Source: Eledone cirrhosa (taxonomy: Eukaryota). Taken from it: 64,000 nucleotides of DNA. This document shows, piece after piece, positions 38,092-51,359 of the stretch. Made by a program: the position numbers and the translations under genes. The DNA is taken from contig OZ024754.1 of assembly GCA_964016885.1 (NCBI GenBank), positions 31,310,001-31,374,000 on the forward strand, written 5' to 3'. The notes below the pieces were generated by a model. The model saw only the letters and a program-made list of their open reading frames with translations, searched no databases and was not told the DNA's origin. Numbering within the stretch: position 1 is the first letter of the stretch; each line of letters opens with the position of its first letter.

Positions 38092-41000
38092 TATAGCTGT
38101 GTATTCTATACTACTTATAGTCCAGTACTATAGCTGTGTATTCTATACTTCTCTAGTCCAGTACTATAGCTGTGTATTCTATACTTCTCTAGTCCAGTAC
38201 TATAGCTGTGTATTCTATACTTCTCTAGTCCAGTACTATAGCTGTGTATTCTATACTTCTCTAGTCCAGTACTATAGCTGTGTATTCTATACTTCTCTAG
38301 TCCATTACTATAGCTGTGTATTCTATACTTCTCTAGTCCAGTACTATAGCTGTGTATTCTATACTTCTCTAGTCCAGTACTATAGCTGTGTATTCTATAC
38401 TACTTATAGTCCAGTACTATAGCTGTGTATTCTATACTTCTCTAGTCCAGTACTATAGCTGTGTATTCTATACTTCTTATAGTCCAGTACTATAGCTGTG
38501 TATTCTATACTACTTATAGTCCAGTACTATAGCTGTGTATTCTATACTACTTATAGTCCAGTACTATAGCTGTGTATTCTATACTTCTTATAGTCCAGTA
38601 CTATAGCTGTGTATTCTATACTACTTATAGTCCAGTACTATAGCTGTGTATTCTATACTACTTATAGTCCAGTACTATAGCTGTGTATTCTATACTTCTC
38701 TAGTCCAGTACTATAGCTGTGTATTCTATACTTCTTATAGTCCAGTACTATAGCTGTGTATTCTATACTACTTATAGTCCAGTACTATAGCTGTGTATTC
38801 TATACTTCTTATAGTCCAGTACTATAGCTGTGTATTCTATACTACTTATAGTCCAGTACTATAGCTGTGTATTCTATACTTCTCTAGTCCAGTACTATAG
38901 CTGTATATTCTATACTTCTCTAGTCCAGTACTATAGCTGTGTATTCTATACTTCTCTAGTCCAGTACTATAGCTGTGTTTTCTCTACTACTTATAGTCCA
39001 GTACTATAGCTGTATATTCTATACTTCTCTAGTCCAGTACTATAGCTGTGTATTCTATACTTCTCTAGTCCAGTACTATAGCTGTGTTTTCTCTACTACT
39101 TATAGTCCAGTACTATAGCTGTGTATTCTATACTACTTATAGTCCAGTACTATAGCTGTGTATTCTATACTACTTATAGTCCAGTACTATAGCTGTGTAT
39201 TCTATACTACTTATAGTTCAGTACTATAGCTGTGTATTCTATACTACTTATAGTCCAGTACTATAGCTGTGTATTCTATACTACTTATAGTCCAATACTA
39301 TAGCTGTGTATTCTATACTACTTATAGTCCAGTACTATAGCTGTGTATTCTATACTACTTATAGTTCAGTACTATAGCTGTGTATTCTATACTACTTATA
39401 GTTCAGTACTATAGCTGTGTATTCTATACTACTTATAGTCCAGTACTATAGCTGTGTATTCTATACTACTTATAGTCCAGTACTATAGCTGTGTATTCTA
39501 TACTACTTATAGTCCAGTACTATAGCTGTGTATTCTATACTACTTATAGTTCAGTACTATAGCTGTGTATTCTATACTTCTCTAGTCCAGTACTATAGCT
39601 GTGTATTCTATACTACTTATAGTCCAGTACTATAGCTGTGTATTCTATACTACTTATAGTCCAGTACTATAGCTGTGTATTCTATACTTCTCTAGTCCAG
39701 TACTATAGCTGTGTATTCTATACTACTTATAGTCCAGTACTATAGCTGTGTATTCTATACTACTTATAGTTCAGTACTATAGCTGTGTATTCTATACTAC
39801 TTATAGTCCAGTACTATAGCTGTGTATTCTATACTACTTATAGTTCAGTACTATAGCTGTGTATTCTATACTTCTCTAGTCCAGTACTATAGCTGTGTAT
39901 TCTATACTACTTATAGTCCAGTACTATAGCTGTGTATTCTATACTACTTATAGTTCAGTACTATAGCTGTGTATTCTATACTTCTCTAGTCCAGTACTAT
40001 AGCTGTGTATTCTATACTACTTATAGTCCAGTACTATAGCTGTGTATTCTATACTTCTCTAGTCCAGTACTATAGCTGTGTATTCTATACTACTTATAGT
40101 CCAGTACTATAGCTGTGTATTCTATACTACTTATAGTCCAGTACTATAGCTGTGTATTCTATACTACTTATAGTCCAGTACTATAGCTGTGTATTCTATA
40201 CTACTTATAGTCCAGTACTATAGCTGTGTATTCTATACTACTTATAGTTCAGTACTATAGCTGTGTATTCTATACTTCTTATAGTTCAGTACTATAGCTG
40301 TGTATTCTATACTACTTATAGTCCAGTACTATAGCTGTGTATTCTCTACTACTTATAGTCCAATACTATAGCTGTGTATTCTATACTACTTATAGTCCAG
40401 TACTATAGCTGTGTATTCTCTACTACTTATAGTCCAGTACTATAGCTGTGTATTCTCTACTACTTATAGTCCAGTACTATAGCTGTGTATTCTATACTAC
40501 TTATAGTCCAGTACTATAGCTGTGTATTCTATACTTCTCTAGTCCAGTACTATAGCTGTGTATTCTATACTACTTATAGTTCAGTACTATAGCTGTGTAT
40601 TCTATACTACTCTAGTCCAGTACTATAGCTGTGTATTCTATACTTCTCTAGTCCAGTACTATAGCTGTGTATTCTATACTACTTATAGTCCAGTACTATA
40701 GCTGTGTATTCTATACTTCTCTAGTCCATTACTATAGCTGTGTATTCTATACTACTTATAGTCCAGTACTATAGCTGTGTATTCTATACTTCTCTAGTCC
40801 AGTACTATAGCTGTGTATTCTATACTACTTATAGTTCAGTACTATAGCTGTGTATTCTATACTTCTCTAGTCCAGTACTATAGCTGTGTATTCTATACTT
40901 CTCTAGTCCAGTACTATAGCTGTGTATTCTATACTACTTATAGTCCAGTACTATAGCTGTGTATTCTATACTTCTCTAGTTCAGTACTATAGCTGTGTAT

Positions 41001-44000
41001 TCTATACTACTTATAGTCCAGTACTATAGCTGTGTATTCTATACTACTTATAGTTCAGTACTATAGCTGTGTATTCTATACTACTTATAGTCCAGTACTA
41101 TAGCTGTGTATTCTATACTTCTCTAGTCCAGTACTATAGCTGTGTATTCTATACTACTTATAGTCCAGTACTATAGCTGTGTATTCTATACTACTTATAG
41201 TCCAGTACTATAGCTGTGTATTCTATACTTCTCTAGTTCAGTACTATAGCTGTGTATTCTATACTACTTATAGTCCAGTACTATAGCTGTGTATTCTATA
41301 CTACTTATAGTTCAGTACTATAGCTGTGTATTCTATACTACTTATAGTTCAGTACTATAGCTGTGTATTCTATACTACTTATAGTTCAGTACTATAGCTG
41401 TGTATTCTATACTACTTATAGTCCAGTACTATAGCTGTGTATTCTATACTACTTATAGTCCAGTACTATAGCTGTGTATTCTATACTACTTATAGTTCAG
41501 TACTATAGCTGTGTATTCTATACTACTTATAGTCCAGTACTATAGCTGTGTATTCTATACTTCTCTAGTCCAGTACTATAGCTGTGTATTCTATACTACT
41601 TATAGTCCAGTACTATAGCTGTGTATTCTATACTACTTATAGTTCAGTACTATAGCTGTGTATTCTATACTACTTATAGTTCAGTACTATAGCTGTGTAT
41701 TCTATACTACTTATAGTCCAGTACTATAGCTGTGTATTCTATACTACTTATAGTCCAGTACTATAGCTGTGTATTCTATACTACTTATAGTCCAGTACTA
41801 TAGCTGTGTATTCTATACTACTTATAGTCCAGTACTATAGCTGTGTATTCTATACTTCTCTAGTCCAGTACTATAGCTGTGTATTCTATACTACTTATAG
41901 TTCAGTACTATAGCTGTGTATTCTATACTACTTATAGTCCAGTACTATAGCTGTGTATTCTATACTTCTCTAGTCCAGTACTATAGCTGTGTATTCTATA
42001 CTACTTATAGTTCAGTACTATAGCTGTGTATTCTATACTACTTATAGTCCAGTACTATAGCTGTGTATTCTATACTTCTCTAGTCCAGTACTATAGCTGT
42101 GTATTCTATACTTCTCTAGTCCAGTACTATAGCTGTGTATTCTATACTTCTCTAGTCCAGTACTATAGCTGTGTATTCTATACTACTTATAGTTCAGTAC
42201 TATAGCTGTGTATTCTATACTACTTATAGTCCAGTACTATAGCTGTGTATTCTATACTTCTCTAGTCCAGTACTATAGCTGTGTATTCTATACTACTTAT
42301 AGTCCAGTACTATAGCTGTGTATTCTATACTACTTATAGTCCAGTACTATAGCTGTGTATTCTATACTTCTCTAGTCCAGTACTATAGCTGTGTATTCTA
42401 TACTTCTCTAGTCCAGTACTATAGCTGTGTATTCTATACTACTTATAGTTCAGTACTATAGCTGTGTATTCTATACTACTTATAGTCCAGTACTATAGCT
42501 GTGTATTCTATACTTCTCTAGTCCAGTACTATAGCTGTGTATTCTATACTACTTATAGTCCAGTACTATAGCTGTGTATTCTATACTACTTATAGTCCAG
42601 TACTATAGCTGTGTATTCTATACTACTTATAGTCCAGTACTATAGCTGTGTATTCTATACTTCTCTAGTCCAGTACTATAGCTGTGTATTCTATACTACT
42701 TATAGTTCAGTACTATAGCTGTGTATTCTATACTACTTATAGTCCAGTACTATAGCTGTGTATTCTATACTACTTATAGTCCAGTACTATAGCTGTGTAT
42801 TCTATACTACTTATAGTCCAGTACTATAGCTGTGTATTCTATACTTCTCTAGTCCAGTACTATAGCTGTGTATTCTATACTACTTATAGTCCAGTACTAT
42901 AGCTGTGTATTCTATACTACTTATAGTCCAGTACTATAGCTGTGTATTCTATACTACTTATAGTCCAGTACTATAGCTGTGTATTCTATACTACTTATAG
43001 TCCAGTACTATAGCTGTGTATTCTATACTTCTCTAGTCCAGTACTATAGCTGTGTATTCTATACTACTTATAGTCCAGTACTATAGCTGTGTATTCTATA
43101 CTACTTATAGTCCAGTACTATAGCTGTGTATTCTATACTACTTATAGTCCAGTACTATAGCTGTGTATTCTATACTACTTATAGTCCAGTACTATAGCTG
43201 TGTATTCTATACTACTTATAGTCCAGTACTATAGCTGTGTATTCTATACTACTTATAGTCCAGTACTATAGCTGTGTATTCTATACTACTTATAGTTCAG
43301 TACTATAGCTGTGTATTCTATACTACTTATAGTTCAGTACTATAGCTGTGTATTCTATACTACTTCTAGTCCAGTACTATAGCTGTGTATTCTATACTAC
43401 TTATAGTCCAGTACTATAGCTGTGTATTCTATACTACTTATAGTCCAGTACTATAGCTGTGTATTCTATACTACTTATAGTCCAGTACTATAGCTGTGTA
43501 TTCTATACTACTTCTAGTCCAGTACTATAGCTGTGTATTCTATACTACTTATAGTTCAGTACTATAGCTGTGTATTCTATACTACTTCTAGTCCAGTACT
43601 ATAGCTGTGTATTCTATACTACTTATAGTCCAGTACTATAGCTGTGTATTCTATACTACTTATAGTCCAGTACTATAGCTGTGTATTCTATACTACTTAT
43701 AGTCCAGTACTATAGCTGTGTATTCTATACTACTTCTAGTCCAGTACTATAGCTGTGTATTCTATACTACTTATAGTCCAGTACTATAGCTGTGTATTCT
43801 ATACTACTTATAGTCCAGTACTATAGCTGTGTATTCTATACTACTTATAGTCCAGTACTATAGCTGTGTATTCTATACTACTTATAGTCCAGTACTATAG
43901 CTGTGTATTCTATACTACTTATAGTTCAGTACTATAGCTGTGTATTCTATACTACTTATAGTCCAGTACTATAGCTGTGTATTCTATACTACTTCTAGTC

Positions 44001-47000
44001 CAGTACTATAGCTGTGTATTCTATACTACTTATAGTCCAGTACTATAGCTGTGTATTCTATACTTCTCTAGTCCATTACTATAGCTGTGTATTCTATACT
44101 ACTTATAGTCCAGTACTATAGCTGTGTATTCTATACTTCTCTAGTCCAGTACTATAGCTGTGTATTCTATACTACTTATAGTCCAATACTATAGCTGTGT
44201 ATTCTATACTTCTCTAGTCCATTACTATAGCTGTGTATTCTATACTACTTATAGTCCAGTACTATAGCTGTGTATTCTATACTTCTCTAGTCCAGTACTA
44301 TAGCTGTGTATTCTATACTACTTATAGTCCAGTACTATAGCTGTGTATTCTATACTTCTCTAGTTCAGTACTATAGCTGTGTATTCTATACTACTTATAG
44401 TCCAGTACTATAGCTGTGTATTCTATACTACTTATAGTTCAGTACTATAGCTGTGTATTCTATACTTCTCTAGTCCAGTACTATAGCTGTGTATTCTATA
44501 CTACTTATAGTCCAGTACTATAGCTGTGTATTCTATACTACTTATAGTCCAGTACTATAGCTGTGTATTCTATACTACTTATAGTTCAGTACTATAGCTG
44601 TGTATTCTATACTTCTCTAGTCCATTACTATAGCTGTGTATTCTATACTACTTATAGTCCAGTACTATAGCTGTGTATTCTATACTACTTATAGTCCAGT
44701 ACTATAGCTGTGTATTCTATACTTCTCTAGTTCAGTACTATAGCTGTGTATTCTATACTACTTATAGTCCAGTACTATAGCTGTGTATTCTATACTACTT
44801 ATAGTTCAGTACTATAGCTGTGTATTCTATACTTCTCTAGTCCATTACTATAGCTGTGTATTCTATACTACTTATAGTCCAGTACTATAGCTGTGTATTC
44901 TATACTACTTATAGTCCAGTACTATAGCTGTGTATTCTATACTTCTCTAGTCCATTACTATAGCTGTGTATTCTATACTACTTATAGTCCAGTACTATAG
45001 CTGTGTATTCTATACTACTTATAGTCCAGTACTATAGCTGTGTATTCTATACTTCTCTAGTCCAGTACTATAGCTGTGTATTCTATACTACTTATAGTCC
45101 AGTACTATAGCTGTGTATTCTATACTACTTATAGTCCAGTACTATAGCTGTGTATTCTATACTACTTATAGTCCAGTACTATAGCTGTGTATTCTATACT
45201 TCTCTAGTCCATTACTATAGCTGTGTATTCTATACTACTTATAGTCCAGTACTATAGCTGTGTATTCTATACTACTTATAGTCCAGTACTATAGCTGTGT
45301 ATTCTATACTACTTATAGTCCAGTACTATAGCTGTGTATTCTATACTACTTATAGTCCAGTACTATAGCTGTGTATTCTATACTTCTCTAGTCCAGTACT
45401 ATAGCTGTGTATTCTATACTACTTATAGTCCAGTACTATAGCTGTGTATTCTATACTACTTATAGTCCAGTACTATAGCTGTGTATTCTATACTTCTCTA
45501 GTCCAATACTATAGCTGTGTATTCTATACTACTTATAGTCCAGTACTATAGCTGTGTATTCTATACTTCTCTAGTCCAGTACTATAGCTGTGTATTCTAT
45601 ACTACTTATAGTCCAGTACTATAGCTGTGTATTCTATACTTCTCTAGTCCAGTACTATAGCTGTGTATTCTATACTACTTATAGTCCAGTACTATAGCTG
45701 TGTATTCTATACTACTTATAGTCCAGTACTATAGCTGTGTATTCTATACTTCTCTAGTCCAATACTATAGCTGTGTATTCTATACTACTTATAGTCCATT
45801 ACTATAGCTGTGTATTCTATACTACTTATAGTTCAGTACTATAGCTGTGTATTCTATACTACTTATAGTCCAGTACTATAGCTGTGTATTCTATACTACT
45901 TATAGTCCAGTACTATAGCTGTGTATTCTATACTACTTATAGTCCAGTACTATAGCTGTGTATTCTATACTACTTATAGTCCAGTACTATAGCTGTGTAT
46001 TCTATACTACTTATAGTCCAGTACTATAGCTGTGTATTCTATACTACTTATAGTTCAGTACTATAGCTGTGTATTCTATACTACTTATAGTCCAGTACTA
46101 TAGCTGTGTATTCTATACTACTTATAGTCCAGTACTATAGCTGTGTATTCTATACTACTTATAGTCCAGTACTATAGCTGTGTATTCTATACTACTTATA
46201 GTTCAGTACTATAGCTGTGTATTCTATACTACTTATAGTCCAGTACTATAGCTGTGTATTCTATACTACTTATAGTCCAGTACTATAGCTGTGTATTCTA
46301 TACTACTTATAGTTCAGTACTATAGCTGTGTATTCTATACTACTTATAGTCCATTACTATAGCTGTGTATTCTATACTACTTATAGTCCAGTACTATAGC
46401 TGTGTATTCTATACTACTTATAGTCCAGTACTATAGCTGTGTATTCTATACTACTTATAGTCCAGTACTATAGCTGTGTATTCTATACTACTTATAGTCC
46501 AGTACTATAGCTGTGTATTCTATACTACTTATAGTCCAGTACTATAGCTGTGTATTCTATACTACTTATAGTCCAGTACTATAGCTGTGTATTCTATACT
46601 ACTTATAGTTCAGTACTATAGCTGTGTATTCTATACTACTTATAGTCCAGTACTATAGCTGTGTATTCTATACTTCTCTAGTCCAGTACTATAGCTGTGT
46701 ATTCTATACTACTTATAGTCCAGTACTATAGCTGTGTATTCTATACTACTTATAGTCCAGTACTATAGCTGTGTATTCTATACTACTTATAGTCCAGTAC
46801 TATAGCTGTGTATTCTATACTACTTATAGTCCAGTACTATAGCTGTGTATTCTATACTACTTATAGTCCAGTACTATAGCTGTGTATTCTATACTACTTA
46901 TAGTCCAGTACTATAGCTGTGTATTCTATACTACTTATAGTCCAGTACTATAGCTGTGTATTCTATACTACTTATAGTTCAGTACTATAGCTGTGTATTC

Positions 47001-49289
47001 TATACTACTTATAGTCCAGTACTATAGCTGTGTATTCTATACTACTTATAGTCCAGTACTATAGCTGTGTATTCTATACTACTTATAGTCCAGTACTATA
47101 GCTGTGTATTCTATACTACTTATAGTCCAGTACTATAGCTGTGTATTCTATACTACTTATAGTCCAGTACTATAGCTGTGTATTCTATACTACTTATAGT
47201 CCAGTACTATAGCTGTGTATTCTATACTACTTATAGTCCAGTACTATAGCTGTGTATTCTATACTACTTATAGTCCAGTACTATAGCTGTGTATTCTATA
47301 CTACTTATAGTCCAGTACTATAGCTGTGTATTCTATACTACTTATAGTTCAGTACTATAGCTGTGTATTCTATACTACTTATAGTCCAGTACTATAGCTG
47401 TGTATTCTATACTACTTATAGTCCAGTACTATAGCTGTGTATTCTATACTACTTATAGTCCAGTACTATAGCTGTGTATTCTATACTACTTATAGTCCAG
47501 TACTATAGCTGTGTATTCTATACTACTTATAGTTCAGTACTATAGCTGTGTATTCTATACTACTTATAGTCCAGTACTATAGCTGTGTATTCTATACTAC
47601 TTATAGTCCAGTACTATAGCTGTGTATTCTATACTACTTATAGTCCAGTACTATAGCTGTGTATTCTATACTACTTATAGTCCAGTACTATAGCTGTGTA
47701 TTCTATACTACTTATAGTCCATTACTATAGCTGTGTATTCTATACTACTTATAGTCCAGTACTATAGCTGTGTATTCTATACTACTTATAGTCCAGTACT
47801 ATAGCTGTGTATTCTATACTACTTATAGTCCAGTACTATAGCTGTGTATTCTATACTTCTCTAGTCCAGTACTATAGCTGTGTATTCTATACTACTTATA
47901 GTCCAGTACTATAGCTGTGTATTCTATACTACTTATAGTCCAGTACTATAGCTGTGTATTCTATACTACTTATAGTCCAGTACTATAGCTGTGTATTCTA
48001 TACTTCTCTAGTCCATTACTATAGCTGTGTATTCTATACTACTTATAGTCCAGTACTATAGCTGTGTATTCTATACTACTTATAGTCCAGTACTATAGCT
48101 GTGTATTCTATACTACTTCTAGTCCAGTACTATAGCTGTGTATTCTATACTACTTATAGTCCAGTACTATAGCTGTGTATTCTATACTTCTCTAGTCCAG
48201 TACTATAGCTGTGTATTCTATACTACTTCTAGTCCAGTACTATAGCTGTGTATTCTATACTTCTTATAGTCCAGTACTATAGCTGTGTATTCTATACTTC
48301 TCTAGTCCAGTACTATAGCTGTGTATTCTATACTTCTCTAGTCCAGTACTATAGCTGTGTATTCTATACTTCTCTAGTCCAGTACTATAGCTGTGTATTC
48401 TATACTACTTATAGTCCAGTACTATAGCTGTGTATTCTATACTACTTATAGTCCAGTACTATAGCTGTGTATTCTATACTACTTATAGTCCAGTACTATA
48501 GCTGTGTATTCTATACTACTTATAGTCCAGTACTATAGCTGTGTATTCTATACTACTTATAGTCCATTACTATAGCTGTGTATTCTATACTACTTATAGT
48601 CCAGTACTATAGCTGTGTATTCTATACTACTTATAGTCCAGTACTATAGCTGTGTATTCTATACTACTTATAGTTCAGTACTATAGCTGTGTATTCTATA
48701 CTACTTATAGTCCAGTACTATAGCTGTGTATTCTATACTTCTCTAGTCCAGTACTATAGCTGTGTATTCTATACTACTTCTAGTCCAGTACTATAGCTGT
48801 GTATTCTATACTACTTATAGTCCAGTACTATGGCTGTGTATTCTATACTACTTATAGTCCAGTACTATAGCTGTGTATTCTATACTACTTATAGTCCAGT
48901 ACTATAGCTGTGTATTCTATACTACTTATAGTCCAGTACTATAGCTGTGTATTCTCTACTACTTATAGTCCAGTACTATAGCTGTGTATTCTATACTACT
49001 TATAGTCCAGTATTATAGCTGTGTATTCTATACTACTTATAGTCCAGTACTATAGCTGTGTATTCTATACTACTTATAGTCCAGTACTATAGCTGTGTAT
49101 TCTATACTACTTATAGTCCAGTACTATAGCTGTGTATTCTATACTACTTATAGTCCAGTACTATAGCTGTGTATTCTATACTACTTATAGTTCAGTACTA
49201 TAGCTGTGTATTCTATACTACTTATAGTTCAGTACTATAGCTGTGTATTCTATACTACTTATAGTTCAGTACTATAGCTGTGTATTCTA
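38092..49289 (+). repeat. 11.2-kb intronic satellite of 37-bp and 36-bp units, about 300 copies
   Basis: tatagctgtgtattctatactacttatagtccagtac and tatagctgtgtattctatacttctctagtccagtac. Confidence 0.98.
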
Positions 49290-49511
49290 ATGTTCAAATT
49301 GCGTCGAGGTTAGTTTTGCCTTTCTTCTATACAGGGTCGATAAAAGTATCAGTAATACACTGGGGCTGGTTTAATCAACTTTACCTTCCCCCCAATAATT
49401 GTTGGCCTTGTTCCTAAATCAGAAACCATTATTTAGAATAAGTTTCACAATTTTCTAGTCTTTCTGTTCCCCTTTCAATATATTCTCTTCAACCATTTTT
49501 CTGTCTTTTAG

Positions 49512-49601
49512 GTAACTTTTCAGATGGTATCTACATTCATTACATTGGTTCCTCTTGTTGACTGTTCCACTGCTAACTTTCTCAAGGTTGATCTCACAGA
49601 T
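49512..49601 (+). CDS. PSME4: PSME4 exon 13 (VTFQMVSTFITLVPLVDCS...DLTD)
   Basis: ttttag|...GAT|gtaagt; 90 nt. Confidence 0.94.
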
Positions 49602-49934
49602 GTAAGTACTTTAGTGTCTTCTTTACCGTTGTTCTACAATTATAGATCTAAATATAACCATGATGGCAGCTTTAATCGTATCCTATATATCCAACCCATG
49701 CAAGCATGGAAAAACAGGTATAAAATGATGATGGCGATGATGATTTTGAAGTTCACTTTGCAATCCCATGGTCCTGGTTTAATCCCACCATGTGGCAATT
49801 TAGTCAAATGTCTTCTGATATAGTTTCTGGCTTGACTTAATGTCTTGAGTGAAATTGGGCTAACTGACAAGAAGTGTGTGGAAACTCATTGGTTGGGCGG
49901 AACCTATTCTTAAATGTTAGTCTTAAGCCATCAT

Positions 49935-50168
49935 CTTGTCTTAACACCACTACCTGGTCCCTATGTACCTATAACACCCTGTCTTAACACCACTACCTGG
50001 TCCTAGGTACCTATAACACCCTGTCTTAACACCACTACCTGGTCCTAGGTACCTATAACACCCCGTCTTAACATCACTACCTGGTCCCTAATTACCTATA
50101 ACACCTTGTCTTAACACCACTACCTGGTCCCTAGGTATCTATAACACCTTGTCTTAACACCACTACAT
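49935..50168 (+). repeat. ~42-43-bp minisatellite, about 5.5 copies
   Basis: gtcttaacaccactacctggtccctaggtacctataacac. Confidence 0.9.
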
Positions 50169-50218
50169 GGATGATGAATTTCTTTATTTCTGTAACATGT
50201 TGATATTTCTTTCTTTAG

Positions 50219-50283
50219 ACAGAGAAAGAACTTTGTTCAGCAAGTTCTCAGTTTGAAGACTTTGTGTTGCAGTTCATGTACAA
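50219..50283 (+). CDS. PSME4: PSME4 exon 14 (TEKELCSASSQFEDFVLQFMYK)
   Basis: ctttag|...CAA|gtacgt; 65 nt. Confidence 0.93.
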
Positions 50284-50298
50284 GTACGTACTGTCTCA

Positions 50299-50335
<37 letters not shown>

Positions 50336-50591
50336 ATGACAAAAAAGCACCCAGTCCACTCTGAAAGGTGGTCATACTGGTAACACAACAAAAAAAGCAC
50401 CCAGTCCACACTGTAACATGTTTGGCATTAGGAAGGGCATCCACATCCATAGAAACCAAGCCAAAAACATCTGTATAGAGCAAGACACATTCACCTCACC
50501 TGACTTGTCTCATACCATTAACAGCCCTCACCCATGCAAGCATGGAAAATAGACATTAAATGATGATATATATATATATATATACATATAT

Positions 50592-50622
<31 letters not shown>

Positions 50623-51023
50623 TACACACATATATATATGTATATAAAAACACACACACATGTACAAGTATCATCATCATTTAATCTCTGCTTTTTCATG
50701 CTAGCATGGGTTGGACGGGTTGTCAGTACTTAGAGTTACTGGCATCTTGCATAGTTATATTCCGTTTTTAGCATAGATTCTATGACTGGATGCCTCATCT
50801 AACTCTGACCACTTTACAGAGTGTACTGGCTTCATTCTATAAAGTGGTGTTGATGATGGTAGATATGATGGTGATGGTGGTGATTATGATGAAAATGGTG
50901 GAGCTGATGGTGATGATTATGATGTTGTAGCTGCCTTGGTAGTGCAGAGGGCAGCACATTAATCACATTATGATGATAGTGATATGTATTTCCATTAATA
51001 TTTGTCATTATTTTCTATTGTAG

Positions 51024-51180
51024 GAGTTTTTCCCTAATTGAGAACACGGCCCAGATAGAATCCCACAATCAAAGTAGTTCCTCCGACAATAATTTCAATC
51101 CTGAACAATCTTGGTTAGAGATTGGTCTGTCTTCAACTTTTACAGCCATTCTGCAACAATGCTCAACACCAATATTTGAG
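51024..51180 (+). CDS. PSME4: PSME4 exon 15 (SFSLIENT...LEIGLSSTFTAILQQCSTPIFE)
   Basis: ttgtag|...GAG|gtgagt; 157 nt. Confidence 0.93.
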
Positions 51181-51359
51181 GTGAGTAACAAAATTTGTAA
51201 TCTCCATTCATCCATTCCTAACTTGCTTATCTTTTGTTCTTTTGTCACTTATATTGTTTCCAACCCCCCACCTTAACCGAGGCCCTCCTCCAAGTACATT
51301 GGCCTTCTGGAGTACGTTCCATTAAACTGTTTAAAACATTAATATTAACCATGTTCATA

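Noticed and set aside
38092-49289. CRISPR-like array of 36/37-bp repeats
   Set aside because: Units are contiguous with no unique spacers, there are no cas genes, and the array sits in a eukaryotic intron.
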